64,000 nucleotides of DNA from Bugula neritina. Its lineage: Eukaryota; Animalia; Bryozoa. Within the stretch, counting starts at the first letter, position 1, and the number at the start of each line of letters is the position of its first letter. Below the pieces are notes generated by a model. The model did no database searches, was not told the DNA's origin, and saw only the letters and a program-made list of their open reading frames with translations. The stretch spans positions 310,001 to 374,000 of the forward strand of contig OZ037770.1 in NCBI GenBank assembly GCA_964035545.1. Reading direction: 5' to 3'. The translations under genes and the position numbers were made by a program. Of this stretch, positions 13,201-25,852 are shown piece by piece.

Positions 13201-15407
13201 GGAGTTATCTCCCTCTATTAGATAGAAAGCATTCGGCTGAAGTATAAGAACCTGGAAGAGGAGTTGGTGAAGTTGAGAGAAGACGTCAAGTTGAGACTGG
13301 AGAGGTTCACTGAGCAGGATCTCGGCAGCAGCTTAGCTGACTTGCATAGACATAGACTTCAGATTGAGGCGAGACACAAACACAACCACCAGGTCTGTGG
13401 CGCCTCTTCTAGTTGTTCAGAGAGTTGTGTCCTCCCGGGTTGCTGCTCGGTTTATACTTCAGTATATCTGCTATCTGCAGGTGGATCTTATAAACAAACA
13501 TGTGGAGACAATGAAGGAGATGGAAAAGTTGTTAGCAGCAGAATTTCCTGCCCTCCAAGTATCCAATATGGCTTCTCTCCAAATCGAAGGTCAGATGAGT
13601 GCAAAATTCTCTTCCGCACAGTTCTATTGAGAGACTTGAGTTTAATAATGAGATCACAGATATTGTTTCGAGATTCGAGAGATGTTTAGAATGAAACTTG
13701 GAATTGTCATATCTAAGAGCGTGGAATAAACTTTCTCATGCAGGTAAAAGGAGAGATATCGAAGTCAATGTTGTCACCTCAATTCACAAGTTCACAGATT
13801 TTGAGAAGACGATTGCGGATTCTTCTCATAAGGCAACGATGTCCAATACTTTACAGGAGGATACAACTTCTGACAGTGAAGCATCATTTCTTCACATATT
13901 AGGTGAGAGAATACCAGGTAATATCAGTCGAGTCTGGCTGGTGTGTTGCGTTTCAAGAACCATATCGAGACGTTTCTGTGATCATGAGTTTTCTTTGACG
14001 TTATGTTTGAGTAAGCAGACGGGTTTTCACTCTGATTAGCTGACCAGTTTATAAATTACGTGTGTTTACGTGTAAACAAGTACATTTCTTTCCAAGAAAT
14101 GCTATTTAACAAGAACCAGACAGAATGTTCTTCTGTTCTTATTGAACGCTGTCACCAGCAAGTAATCGTCTGCTAGAAATGCGTCTGTCTGTTCTAGAGA
14201 TATGTATACTCAATACTGAGTGATACTCTATATTATACTGTGTAATAGTTACTGTATACTCAATACTGAGTAATAGTTACTGTATACTCAATACTTAGTG
14301 TTACTCTATATTATACTGAGTAATAGTTACTGTATACTCAATACTTAGTGTTACTCTATATTATACTGAGTAATAGTTACTGTATACTCAATACTGAGTG
14401 ATACTCTATATTATACTGAGTAATACTCACTGTATACTCAATACTGAGTGATACTCTATATTATACTGAGTAATACTCACTGTTCACCTCTCTTACTAGA
14501 GGAGCAGGACACTGACTGGGAAACAGCTTCGGACACTTCTGACTGCTGGCAGAGGGGATGTACAGAGTTACATGGTGAAAGGGCTGACATCAGTGGCCCA
14601 TTCCATTGTTGGGGAGATTCCCGAAGAATACATAAGTGGGGTGGAGATGGATGGGGGAGACACAAAAGGGGTGGAGAAAGAGGGAGACACCAGAGTGGTG
14701 GTGGAAGAGGGGTACACAATAGGGGTAAAGAAAGAGGGGGACACAACAAGGGTGGAGAAAGAGGGGGACACAACAAGAGTGGAGAAAGAGGGGGACACAA
14801 CAAAGTTGGAGAAAGAGGGGAACACAAAAAGGGTGGAGAAAGAGGGGGACACAACAAGGGTGGAGAAAGAGGGGGACACAACAAGGGTGGAGAAAGAGGG
14901 GGACACAACAAGGGTGGAGAAAGAGGGGGACACAACAAGGGTGGAGAAAGAGGGGGACACAACAAGGGTGGAGAAAGAGGGGGACACAACAAAGGTGGAG
15001 AAAGAGGGGGACACAACAAAGGTGGAGAAAGAGGGGGACACAACAAGGGTGAAGAAAGAGGGGGACACAACAAGGGTGGAGAAAGAGGGGGACACAACAA
15101 AGGTGGAGAAAGAGGGGGACACAACAAGGGTGGAGAAAGAGGGGGACACAACGAGGGTGGAGAAAGAGGGGGACACAACAAAGGTGGAGAAAGAGGGGAA
15201 CACAAAAAGGGTGGAGAAAGAGGGGGACACAACAAGGGTGGAGAAAGAGGGGGACACAACAAGGGTGGAGAAAGAGGGGAACACACAGGTGGAAAAAAGA
15301 GGGCCACAGGAGTGGTGGAGAAAAAGACTGGAGCTGGGGAAAAAAGTGGTAGACAAGGCGGTCGTGGGCGTGGCAGAGGGTATGGGGTTTGGAGTAAAAT
15401 GCACTAG
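10274..15407 (+). CDS. TRIM-like E3 ligase: RING, two B-boxes, coiled coil, C-terminal (GGERGGHNK)n RGG repeat
   Basis: Exons 10274-10434 (RING CGFC...LPCGHIYCLEC...CPFC), 10599-10758 (B-box1 CDTC...YCKTC...FCAKH), 11105-11288 (B-box2 CSEH...CRSC...CTKC), 12728-12927, 13222-13392, 13481-13589 (coiled coil), 13744-13902, 14500-15407. The phase-1 junction G|AG places the last exon in the RGG frame. Confidence 0.85.
11312..12716. repeat. 45-48-bp intronic minisatellite (CTCAGGGGGGATAACTACTATATACTAAGAGTAGTGTGTATACTATA)
   Basis: About 30 copies filling nearly all of TRIM intron 11289-12727. Confidence 0.95.
14200..14480. repeat. Intronic AT-rich minisatellite (ATACTGAGTAATAGTTACTGTATACTCA-like)
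   Basis: Composite tandem repeat ending just upstream of the acceptor at 14498-14499. Confidence 0.8.
14640..15290 (+). repeat. 27-bp coding tandem repeat (GGTGGAGAAAGAGGGGGACACAACAAG)
   Basis: About 23 copies; encodes GGERGGHNK in the TRIM frame. Confidence 0.95.
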
Positions 15408-16462
15408 TCTGAAGTACTACCTTGCAGGACTTACTTTACCCCTCTCTACTTATCTTCTGCTCAAATAATTGAAGAACCTGAGACTAGGAAGCACAATCAT
15501 TCAGTTGTTACTGAAAGTCATTCTACCAGTTCATTTTTCATATTCATTTAGAGCTTCATTTTATGGTATCTTTTCATGACGATAATTTACTAGTTGATGA
15601 AACTGCAGCATACTCTTGAATATGTCACATTGACATCTGCTTGATTAGTCAGTATTTAGGTATAAAGGAGGTTAAATAAACAACATTTTATACTTATATG
15701 TGCAGCCACACTTACTCTATTACAGAATCTAGTTATGTACTAACCATTATTACTTATTCTTAATACATTCCACCTACTTGTCGTTAACTTTTCTAATACA
15801 AATCTTTCTCTTTTCATGCTGATGTAGTTTAGTATAGTATAGTATAGTGTGTTACAGTATATTACACTACATGATACAATGTATTGTAGTCTGGCCATAA
15901 CTCTAAGAGAAACCTGTTATCCAAATACAAATGTATTCATACAGCCAGCCATATGTGACATTACAGCAAACTCTTGACAAAACTGAAATGTTTTATTGCA
16001 AAGTTGGTAGATATTTATTTCTGCTCCAAAATAGACTTTCTGAACTAGCTGAGAAGCTTTGCATTGAATTAGTAGCGAAGTTGTCTTACCAGCTCTAGAA
16101 TAACTAACGGTGATTACAGAGCAGTGCTCGTATAAAAGGCAGTGAACAGGTTATATAGTATAGACATGCAGAGTTAAATGCACAGTAACACAGTACAGAA
16201 GATAATGACTAGATCAAAAAAAGGAGTTACTTTCCCTACACAAATAAATCAATTAGGATTATATCAATACACAACCTCTGAGAAAAGACCTGCCTTTAAA
16301 TGTTTGTTCAGTTACGAAAAAAATTGAATATGAATATAAAATACTAGCAGAGTGGGTTACTTTTGATTTGTCAACAAAAACCAATAAAATAAATAGAGAT
16401 ATTAGCATCGGAAGTATAAAGTATTATAGATAGAAGGGGGCGGAGCTAGTAGACGACGTTTA

Positions 16463-19400
16463 CTAAGAAATATCCAGGTATTCCTCTATTAGTTTATATA
16501 ACTCTACAATATAAAACACATGAATGACTGTAAACTGTATATAAACATAAACAAATATTTACAAACTATAAAATACAATAAACTATAAAATAAATAATTA
16601 TTAAATATTTTTAAATAAACATAAAACAAAATAAATATTTATAAACAAACAATCATACTAGAGAATGTGATAGAGATCTGTGAAGGTAGACAATGTTGAT
16701 ATACCACTCACCTTGATCTCTTCGTATATTCCTCTCTTTCTTTGCTATTTCTACTTTACGTTTGAAGTTTTCTATAAGTTGCTCCACCTGGTGTTTGGAC
16801 AGACCCTTCAGAATGTTGGAGACGGAAGCCTCTAGACTATCAGCTGTAAACAAGGAGATATACTTTCATTATATTCTCATCTTTATACTCTAAACATGTC
16901 TCAGTCAGTCGATTTCATTACGATTACGATTTCACTCTGAGTCTAAACCACGTACACACAGCAGACGTACAACTACAGCAGATGTACACACAGCAGACGT
17001 ACATACAGCAGACGTACGCACAGCAGACGTACGCACAGCAGACGTACGCACAGCAGACGTACGCACAGCAGACGTACGCACGGCAGACTTACGCACGGCA
17101 GACGTACGCACAGCAGACTTACGCACAGCAGACGTACGCACAGCAGACGTACACACAGCAGACGTACGCACAGCAGACGTACAGCTACAGCAGACGTACA
17201 GCTACAGCAGACGTACAGCTACAGCAGACGTACAGCTACAGCAGACGTACGCACAGCAGACGTACGCACAGCAGACGTACGCACGGCAGACGTACGCACG
17301 GCAGACTTACGCACGGCAGACGTACGCACAGCAGACTTACGCACAGCAGACGTACGCACAGCAGACGTACACACAGCAGACGTACGCACAGCAGATGTAC
17401 AGCTACAGCAGACGTACAGCTACAGCAGACGTACAGCTACAGCAGACGTACAGCTACAGCAGACGTACGCACAGCAGACGTACACACAGCAGACGTACGC
17501 ACAGCAGACGTACGCACAGCAGACGTACAGCTACAGCAGACGTACAGCTACAGCAGACGTACAGCTACAGCAGACGTACAGCTACAGCAGACGTACGCAC
17601 AGCAGACGTACACACAGCAGACGTACGCACAGCAGACTTACGCACAGCAGACGTACGCACAGCAGACGTACACACAGCAGACGTACGCACAGCAGATGTA
17701 CAGCTACAGCAGACGTACAGCTACAGCAGACATACAGCTACAGCAGAAGTACAGCTACAGCAGACGTACGCACAGCAGACGTACACACAGCAGACGTACG
17801 CACAGTTACCGGCAGAGGTTTCTCTATCTGCAGACGTGATGAGGTGTAGCGCGAGGTCTGAGGGGGAGGTCGGCGTGACCTCTGAGTCGTTAGTAATCTG
17901 TGAGTCACTGGAGAAGTCTTTGATTACGTCTACTTCACTGCCGAGTTTTATTTTCACGTTGACTGCCGCATCAGACTCCATGTTGATGAGTTTGTCTAGT
18001 ATGTCCTGACTCGGGATGAAGGCTCGGTTGGATGTGAGAGACTGAGTGTCCCTGGTGCTGGCTGTAATACGTGGAGACAACTCTGTACAGCACATATCAG
18101 AGAGTGTAAACAACACTCAAGTAACACTCTAGTAAGACTCAAGTAAGACTCAGGTAACACAGGAAACTGTACCAGAGTGGGCGGTGCCGAGCAAGGTCAA
18201 GGACCAGCTGTAGAAGAGACTATTCTTGCCGTCATCTGCTGTATCGGTGACAGTGAGACTCCACTTGCCGGTCGGCCGCTCGTTCCAGCATCTCACCGTC
18301 ATGAAGGTGAAGTCTATTCCATCCTTGGAGTCGTCGTTCCTCCTGGGGGAGAGCATCTCCGAGCTGCAACAGAGCACACGGTGTACACACAGAGAGACAG
18401 AAGCACTTCACAAGACCTCTACACACAGTAGACTGTGAACAGACCTGGTGCCAGCCGGAGAGGTCAAGGTGAGTCGGATGTCTCCACGGCGGGGAGTGTC
18501 GAGGTAAACGTGCATCTGCACGTGCTCCAGTTTGTCAACTCTGCTCGTGTCGTCTAAGAGGGAGGACTTCTGACAGCCGTCCGTGTCTAGAGTCAGCGTC
18601 AGCGGTTTTTTACCATTAAACATTCTGTAATACATACTATGTATTACATACTCTATACTCTGTAATATATATTCTATACTCTGTAATATATACTCTACAC
18701 TCTGTAATATATACTCTAATCTGTAATATATACTCTATACTCTGTAATATATACTCTACACTCTGTACTATATACTCTAATCTGTAATATATACTCTATA
18801 CTCTGTAATATATACTCTGTACTCTGTACTATATACTCTATGCTATATAATATATACTCTGTACTCTGTAATATATACTCTATACTCTGTACTATATACT
18901 CTACACACTGTACTATATACTCTATACTCTGTAATATATACTCTATACTCTGTAATATATACTCTATACCCTGTACTATATACTCTACACTCTGTAATAT
19001 ATACTCTATACTCTGTAATATATACTCTACACACTGTACTATATACTCTATACTATGTACTATATACTCTATACACTGTACTATATACTCTGTAACACTC
19101 ACACCACATCTCCCGGAGTAGACTTCACGGTACATGTGTGCTGAGGGCCGACATTGTTCCACGTCTGAGCTACTTGCACCATCTGCGCCGCGTCTATCGC
19201 TCCGTATCCAAACTTGTCGTTTATATGTAGACCTGCCGGACACCCGTATTACTATATTATATTATATTACAGTAATATCGTATAGTTGTACAGTGCAGTA
19301 TACAGTAATACCGTATAGTTATACTGTGTATTATACAGTAATACCGTATAGTTATACTGTGTAGTATACAGTAATACCGTATACACTATACAGTGCAGTA

Positions 19401-22400
19401 TACAGTAATACCGTATAGTTGTACAGTGCAGTATACAGTAATACCGTATAGTTATACAGTGCAGTATACAGTAATACCGTATACACTATACAGTGCAGTA
19501 TACAGTAATACCGTATAGTTATACAGTGTATTATACAGTAATACCGTATACACTATACAACACCTAACTCATTCTCTCACCTGCGCCATTAATGGTCCAT
19601 CCCTTCTCCACAGAGTTGGGAACTTTAGACGTTACCACGACGATATGCTGCAGATCTCTCCAGGTTAGGGAGGGACTGTCAATACACACATTATCTGATC
19701 AGGACTCAGGCTATAATATTCACTGCTAATAACTTTTTCTAGATTCTTGTTAGAATGGTTAGTAAAAGGGCTGAGCTTTTTTAATTTGAGTAGGAAATAC
19801 TTCACTCGACAGCATGCTGACAAGCTGACAGACTACAAGAAGTTATCTCCCTTGTATCAACATTATATACTTTAAGCTTTCAACTGTTGAATCTCACAAA
19901 ACAAAAAGTGACCAGCGTGCTGATTGGCTGGCTACCACAGACTGAGAGATAGTAAGAGTAGTGGAACATACTTAGCCTCAAGAGCTAAGGCCATGACCCC
20001 TGCAGCTAGGGGTGCCGCGCTGGACGTGCCCTGAAAGTTGAGAGTGCACTTGTTTCTGACGTCAGTGGTGACTATCTTGAGTATGGGGTGAGTGAACTCG
20101 TTGTTGGACACTGCATCCCCTCTCTTGTGGTAACCACCTACAGAGAACAGGTGTATTCTACAGCATATAGTAGGTGTATTCTACAGTATATAGTAGGTGT
20201 ATTCTACAGTATATAGAAGGTGTATTCTACAGTATATAGTAGGTGTATTCTACAGTATATAGTAGGTGTATTCTACAGTATATAGTAGGTGTATTCTACA
20301 GCGTATAGTAGGTGTATTCTACAGTATATAGAAGGTGTATTCTACAGATATAGCCTCAGTGCCTCACCAGTGTAGATGACAGCTAGGGTGCTGGGGCACC
20401 ACTCCATAAAGTACGTGCTCTCAGCGTAGTTGTTGATAGAGCCGACACTGAGAGTGTACGGACTAGACACGTATCCGTCTGCCGCACAGTCGTCTCCGTT
20501 GAACCCCCCGTTTCCTGTGGCCCATACAAAGATGGAGCCCTTGCCACCGCGTCCCTACATTGTATCACAAGTGAAATGAAACAGTGGCTATGTGTGCTCT
20601 AGCCAATTAGCAGAGAGCAAAACTTACCTCTCTGTGTACACTTACCTCTCTATATACACTTACTTCTCTGTGTACACTTACTTCTCTATATACACAGTAT
20701 AACTTACACTCACCTCCCTGACTCCCTGCTCCAAGGCCGCGGCGCAGTGTTTCCCCGGACCTTCCATCGTCTTGCCGTCATCTCTCGGCCCCCAGGAAGC
20801 CGAGTAGATGTCAATGAGCTGATTCTGAAAGAGCAGAGCATCAGCCTCTAGAGTGTCCGTGACGGGGCCGTCCAGTATCCTCACTCCTCCTATGTTAGCG
20901 TTGAAAGCCACGCCCACTCCGCATATGCTGTTGTTGGCTACGGCCGCTATTTCCCCTGCACACCTCGTGCCGTGACTACGAGATAGTCAGAAATATTACT
21001 ATATGAATACTGTATTACTATATGAATATTATATTACTATATGAATATATTACTATATGAATACTATATTACTATATGAATACTGTATTACTATATGAAT
21101 ACTATATTACTATACGAATACTATATTACTATATGAATATATTACTATACGAATACTATATTACTATATGAATACTATATTACTATATGAATACTATATT
21201 ACTATATGAATACTGTATTACTATATGAATACTATATTACTATATGAATACTGTATTACTATATGAATACTATATTACTATATGAATACTATATTACTAT
21301 ATGAATACTATATTACTATATGCATACTATATTACTATATGAATACTGTATTACTATATGAATACTGTATTACTATATGAATATTATATTACTATATGAA
21401 TACTATATTACTATATGAATATATTACTATATGAATACTATATTACTATATGAATACTATATTACTATATGAATACTGTATTACTATATGAACACTATAT
21501 TACTATATGAATACTGTATTACTATATGAACACTATATTACTATATGAATACTATATGACTATATGAATATTATATTACTATATGAATACTATATTACTA
21601 TATGAATACTATATTACTATACGAATACTATATTACTATATGAATATTATATTACTATATGAATACTATATTACTATATGCATACTATATTACTATATGA
21701 ATACTGTATTACTATATGAATACTATATTACTATACGAATACTATATTACTATATGAATACTATATTACTATATGAATACTATATTACTATATGAATACT
21801 GTATTACTATATTAATACTATATTACTATATAAACACTGTATTACTGTATGAATACTGTATTACTATATGAATACTATATATTACTATATGAATACTATA
21901 TATTACTATATGAATACTATATTACTATATGAATATATTACTATATGAATAATATATTACTATATGAATACTATATTACTATATGAATATATTACTATAT
22001 GAATACCTGTTTCTATCCAACTGGTTAGGGTTCGGCATCGGGTCATCATCAACTTTGCTGTTGAAGTCTGTGCTAATCTTCGCCCACTACAAAACAGGAA
22101 ATTGCTAATAGCAACACACGTCTGCGTACTACTCCGTACGTCTAGTTAATATGCTATTCACTGTGTCACTCACGTAGTTCTCTCTCAGGTCGTCATGAGT
22201 GTGCTCTATCCCGTCATCCAGCACACAGACAGACACGTTTAGACCACTGTATCCCTGCTGCCAGGCCGGCACCACGTTAATGTCGAGGAACTTGGGTCCT
22301 CCGGCTTGGCCGGTGTTGTCCTGAAACAGGAAGTTGAGAAATACCAGCTCCCCGCTGCAGCATTTACTGTCAAATCTTTGTGTCAGAAAGAGAAGGCAAA

Positions 22401-23984
22401 CATTGTGGGGACACAATTCCAACACCTACTCGATAGAGCTTTTCAAGTAATCACTAAGCCGCTGTTCTATAGCAGAAGAAGTTTGAGACGGCAACAGACC
22501 ACCCCTCAACACTGAAGGGGAAATAAAACCACTCTACTTCCAGTAGAAAATATTTACAACCAAACTATACTTAAATTGTAACCCAACCATATCAATTGCA
22601 CACTTGGCCAATGAGAAAACTTCACACACTGAAGCAGCCAATGAGGTGGCACGTACCAAGTACCACTGGTCCTTCCAGTGTTCATCATTCAGGTTGATGT
22701 ATCGACTCTCTTTGGGGTCATACTCTCTGTCCTCTAGTACAGCGTAGGCACTGGAGTGATACGGGGGAGATGATTCCTCTACATTGTATCTCCTGAATAC
22801 ATCTTTATTATCATAATACCTGTAATACGATATATCACAGGTAACTACAGGTAATAGCATATTACAGATAATATAATAGCATATTACAGATAATATAATA
22901 GCATATTACAGGTAACATAATAGCATATTACAGGTAATATAATATTATATAATAAACTCACTTTTTATAGTCGAGCTCACTCTGCCTGTCGTATAATATC
23001 TTCTCTTTCCTGTCTTGACCTTGAAATGACCTTAGCTTGAGCTCCTCTAAATACTTCTGTACGATGCGCTTAGCCTCGGCCAGTTCCTGTCTGCTCTTAT
23101 AATCTCTCTTCTCTCGGATGATTTCCCGCTCTTGTCGTATGGACTTTATCTACAGTGACGTCACAATACACTGTAGACATCAGTGTGACACACACAGCAC
23201 TCTGTAGACATCAGTGTGACACACACAACACTCTATAGACATCAGTGTGACACACACAGCACTCTGTAGACATCAGTGTGACACACACAACTCTCTGTAG
23301 ACATCAGTGTGACACACACAACTCTTTATAGACATCAATGTGACACACACAACTCTCTGTAGACATCAATGTGACACACACAACTCACATGAGGGTGGCT
23401 GGAGAGATCTGTGATAGAGCTGTGACCTTCAGAAGATCTTTTCGACCTTGACCTAATTCCTGAGTTGTTTGGATGGAAATGAAGTATATACCCGTGTTTA
23501 TCACTTTTTATCTGAAATATTGGAGATCAGATACTAAATATTATACTAAATAATATACTACATATTATACTAAATACTATACTAAATAATATACTAAACA
23601 TTATACTAAATATTATACTAAATAATATATTAAAACTTATTTAAAATATATCCTGTTATGTATTCACACAAATATTAGCCTAATCAAGAGAAAAGAACTC
23701 CCACATTATTCCACATCACACAGTATAGCAAACATTTAGCTGAATTGTTAGTAGAGAGATGTAAATCTCATTGTAGTTATTAAATGTGAAGCTACAGACA
23801 CAAAAGCACTCACAGTGTTTATTATGTGAATGGAATTCGACCGAAGGAATTCCTTAACTCCCTCTACTTCCTTCTCAGCTCCGTCGACGTACGCCACGAA
23901 CTGGTTGACGTAGTCATCGTGTTCCCCTGCACAGTGGACCACCCACAGAGTGACCAGGATAAACAGAGTGTATGTGTAGCGCAT
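16463..23984 (-). CDS. Subtilisin/kexin proprotein convertase, PC1/3-like (soluble; no Cys-rich or TM region)
   Basis: Signal peptide [20 protein letters not shown]; prodomain with RSKR and REKR; catalytic VLDDG (22200s), [11 protein letters not shown] (~20970), oxyanion GNGG (~20510), QGTSSAAP (~20025); P-domain LEHVQ...RRGD...SPAGT...[15 protein letters not shown]. About 16 coding exons; last exon 16503-16463 encodes [13 protein letters not shown]. Confidence 0.92.
16955..17805. repeat. Mixed 15/17-bp intronic minisatellite (CAGCAGACGTACGCA / CAGCAGACGTACAGCTA)
   Basis: Fills a convertase intron, starting right after the minus-strand donor near 17809. Confidence 0.95.
18626..19095. repeat. 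21-bp intronic minisatellite (ACTCTGTAATATATACTCTAT)
   Basis: About 20 copies; the minus-strand unit contains TATTACAG, which matches the real acceptor at ~18625. Confidence 0.9.
19270..19560. repeat. 34-bp intronic minisatellite (ATACAGTAATACCGTATAGTTATACAGTGCAGT-like)
   Basis: About 8 copies within a convertase intron. Confidence 0.85.
20148..20350. repeat. 23-bp intronic minisatellite (GGTGTATTCTACAGTATATAGTA)
   Basis: About 9 copies filling a convertase intron. Confidence 0.9.
20993..22006. repeat. 19-bp intronic minisatellite (ATATTACTATATGAATACT)
   Basis: About 50 copies; on the minus strand the array starts at the donor AG|GTATTC (~22006). Confidence 0.95.
23160..23388. repeat. ~31-bp intronic minisatellite (CTGTAGACATCAGTGTGACACACACAACTCT)
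   Basis: About 7 copies spanning the intron from donor to acceptor. Confidence 0.9.
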
Positions 23985-25814
23985 GCCTCAGACTGCGGGC
24001 GGTGGAGAGAGGGCCCGCCTTTAGGTGTCTCTGCTCAGTCTATGCAATGGTAGTCTGCAGTAGTGTGACTGGGAGACTGAAATAGAGGAAGTAGTGGTGC
24101 ATTGTGGTACTTTATGTTTGTAATGATATTTCTGCATGTATTTGTGTTAGGACACAATATACTTTGTAGGCTACACTCTTCTCTTATCGCTTTTACTTAC
24201 AATCACATTATGTAACATATTTACAGGTAACTTGGCTATATTTTAGTAAATTCTATGACTTCACTGAGTCGTCATAGCAACCTAAGCCTGTGTATTCTTT
24301 ACTCACAACAGATAGCAAATCTAAAGACTCACTTTGAGTCTAGCTTTCACAATAAGGGACAAAAGCCCTTGAATAGAAAAATGTGGCTAAAGAAAAATTC
24401 ACAATTTATTAGCTGGGCAAATATAAATATAAATTAGGAGCACCTCATGAAAAGCTAATCTAGAATAAGGAAAATGACTAAATCACTATTGAATATACAG
24501 TGTGAGCTCAGAACATGTTACAAGTTACCCACTACTTTCAGTGTCCTAACTCTTGCCAGTGTGAGGCACTCTAACTTGACACAACAGGATTTAGTTTATT
24601 ATATAGGGCTCTTGAAATGATAACATTAAAAGAGAAAACTTTGCACAGCTTATAAACCACAACCTACTGAACCACTAAACTCCTCACAGGACATACTAAC
24701 TCACTAACACCGTGAATATTACATCATTCTGAGAAACAGATAAAATCTGCAGCTTTTTCTTTTACAAATATTTTGTCAACTCAAAATGACCAGATCAAAA
24801 AGTGAAAATTAACTGAAGCCAGGCTAAAAATTAACAGTGTTAGCCATGATCATGATAAACCAGAGAGTTGGGATGTTAGCAGACACAACAACACACTCCC
24901 AATAGAGGAGAAGTGAGACAGTTTCTACTAAGAATGGATTTAGGGGGCAAAACCTGAATGCGTTATCCTGAACATGACTATGAGCATAGCATTCAACATG
25001 AATAAATTATCGGTAATACTATCACAGTAATACTATTAGTATTACATTATTACTAATATTAATAGTATTAGTAATAGGCATTGCTGATTGCTGTAAGTGT
25101 GACTGCAGAGTCTAACTGTAACTACTCACCTTGAGATTCTCCACAGGTACATTTACTTTTAGTTTTAGTGTTTGTCATTTACTGATTTTCATTCTGGCAT
25201 TATTTCAATTTTACCTAGGGCTAAACTTCAACTTAAAGTATGGGGAGGAATTAGTATTAGATTTAGATTAACAATAACAGTAATAGACTTAGTATTACTA
25301 TTAGTATTACTATTAGTATTAGTATTCTTTTTCACCCATTCTGATTCAGTGTTCTTATCAATATCAGTATCTAGAATAATAATATTATTATAAATGACGA
25401 TACTGTTATTCATTATTAATAATGACACCATCATTATAATCATAATCCTAGTAAAAATGAGAATATAAATGATTGTATTTGACTATCTCTAAGACTAATG
25501 ACACTCACACTGTGACTGTATGAGAATGGGTGAGACAATACCTTTTACTTTACCTACCTTAAATTATTAAGCTTAGTAGTGAAAAAGCTAACTTTTAATC
25601 ATCTCCATAATATTACTATTAGTAACTTAACCACACCAGCACAGGTATTTTATACGACCTAGCCTTACCTGAACGTATGTCCTTTGACCATTGTAATGGT
25701 GAACTGTGTGTATTACTAGCTCAACAGGTAGCTAGTCTAAAATTCTATAAGTATGTGGAAGTTGAGACGTGCGGTTAGCGTCCTCATACAGTTCGTTAGC
25801 GCCACTGCTATACC

Positions 25815-25852
25815 TAATTGACGTCTGTTCAACCGTATCGCGACGTCACGCT
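25815..25852. promoter_or_regulatory. Two CRE-like elements (TGACGTCT, CGACGTCA) in a CpG-richer patch upstream of the convertase
   Basis: Motif match only; lies upstream of apparent minus-strand 5'-UTR donor sites (~25130). Function not demonstrated. Confidence 0.25.

Noticed and set aside
14572-15468. (VEKEGDTTR)n ORF and antisense Pro-rich ORFs as separate genes
   Set aside because: Splice phase from the upstream TRIM exon selects the RGG frame; the other frames are open only because the unit lacks stops.
16982-18009. Long QQTYA/SRRTH ORFs
   Set aside because: Antisense readings of the intronic satellite and a convertase exon.
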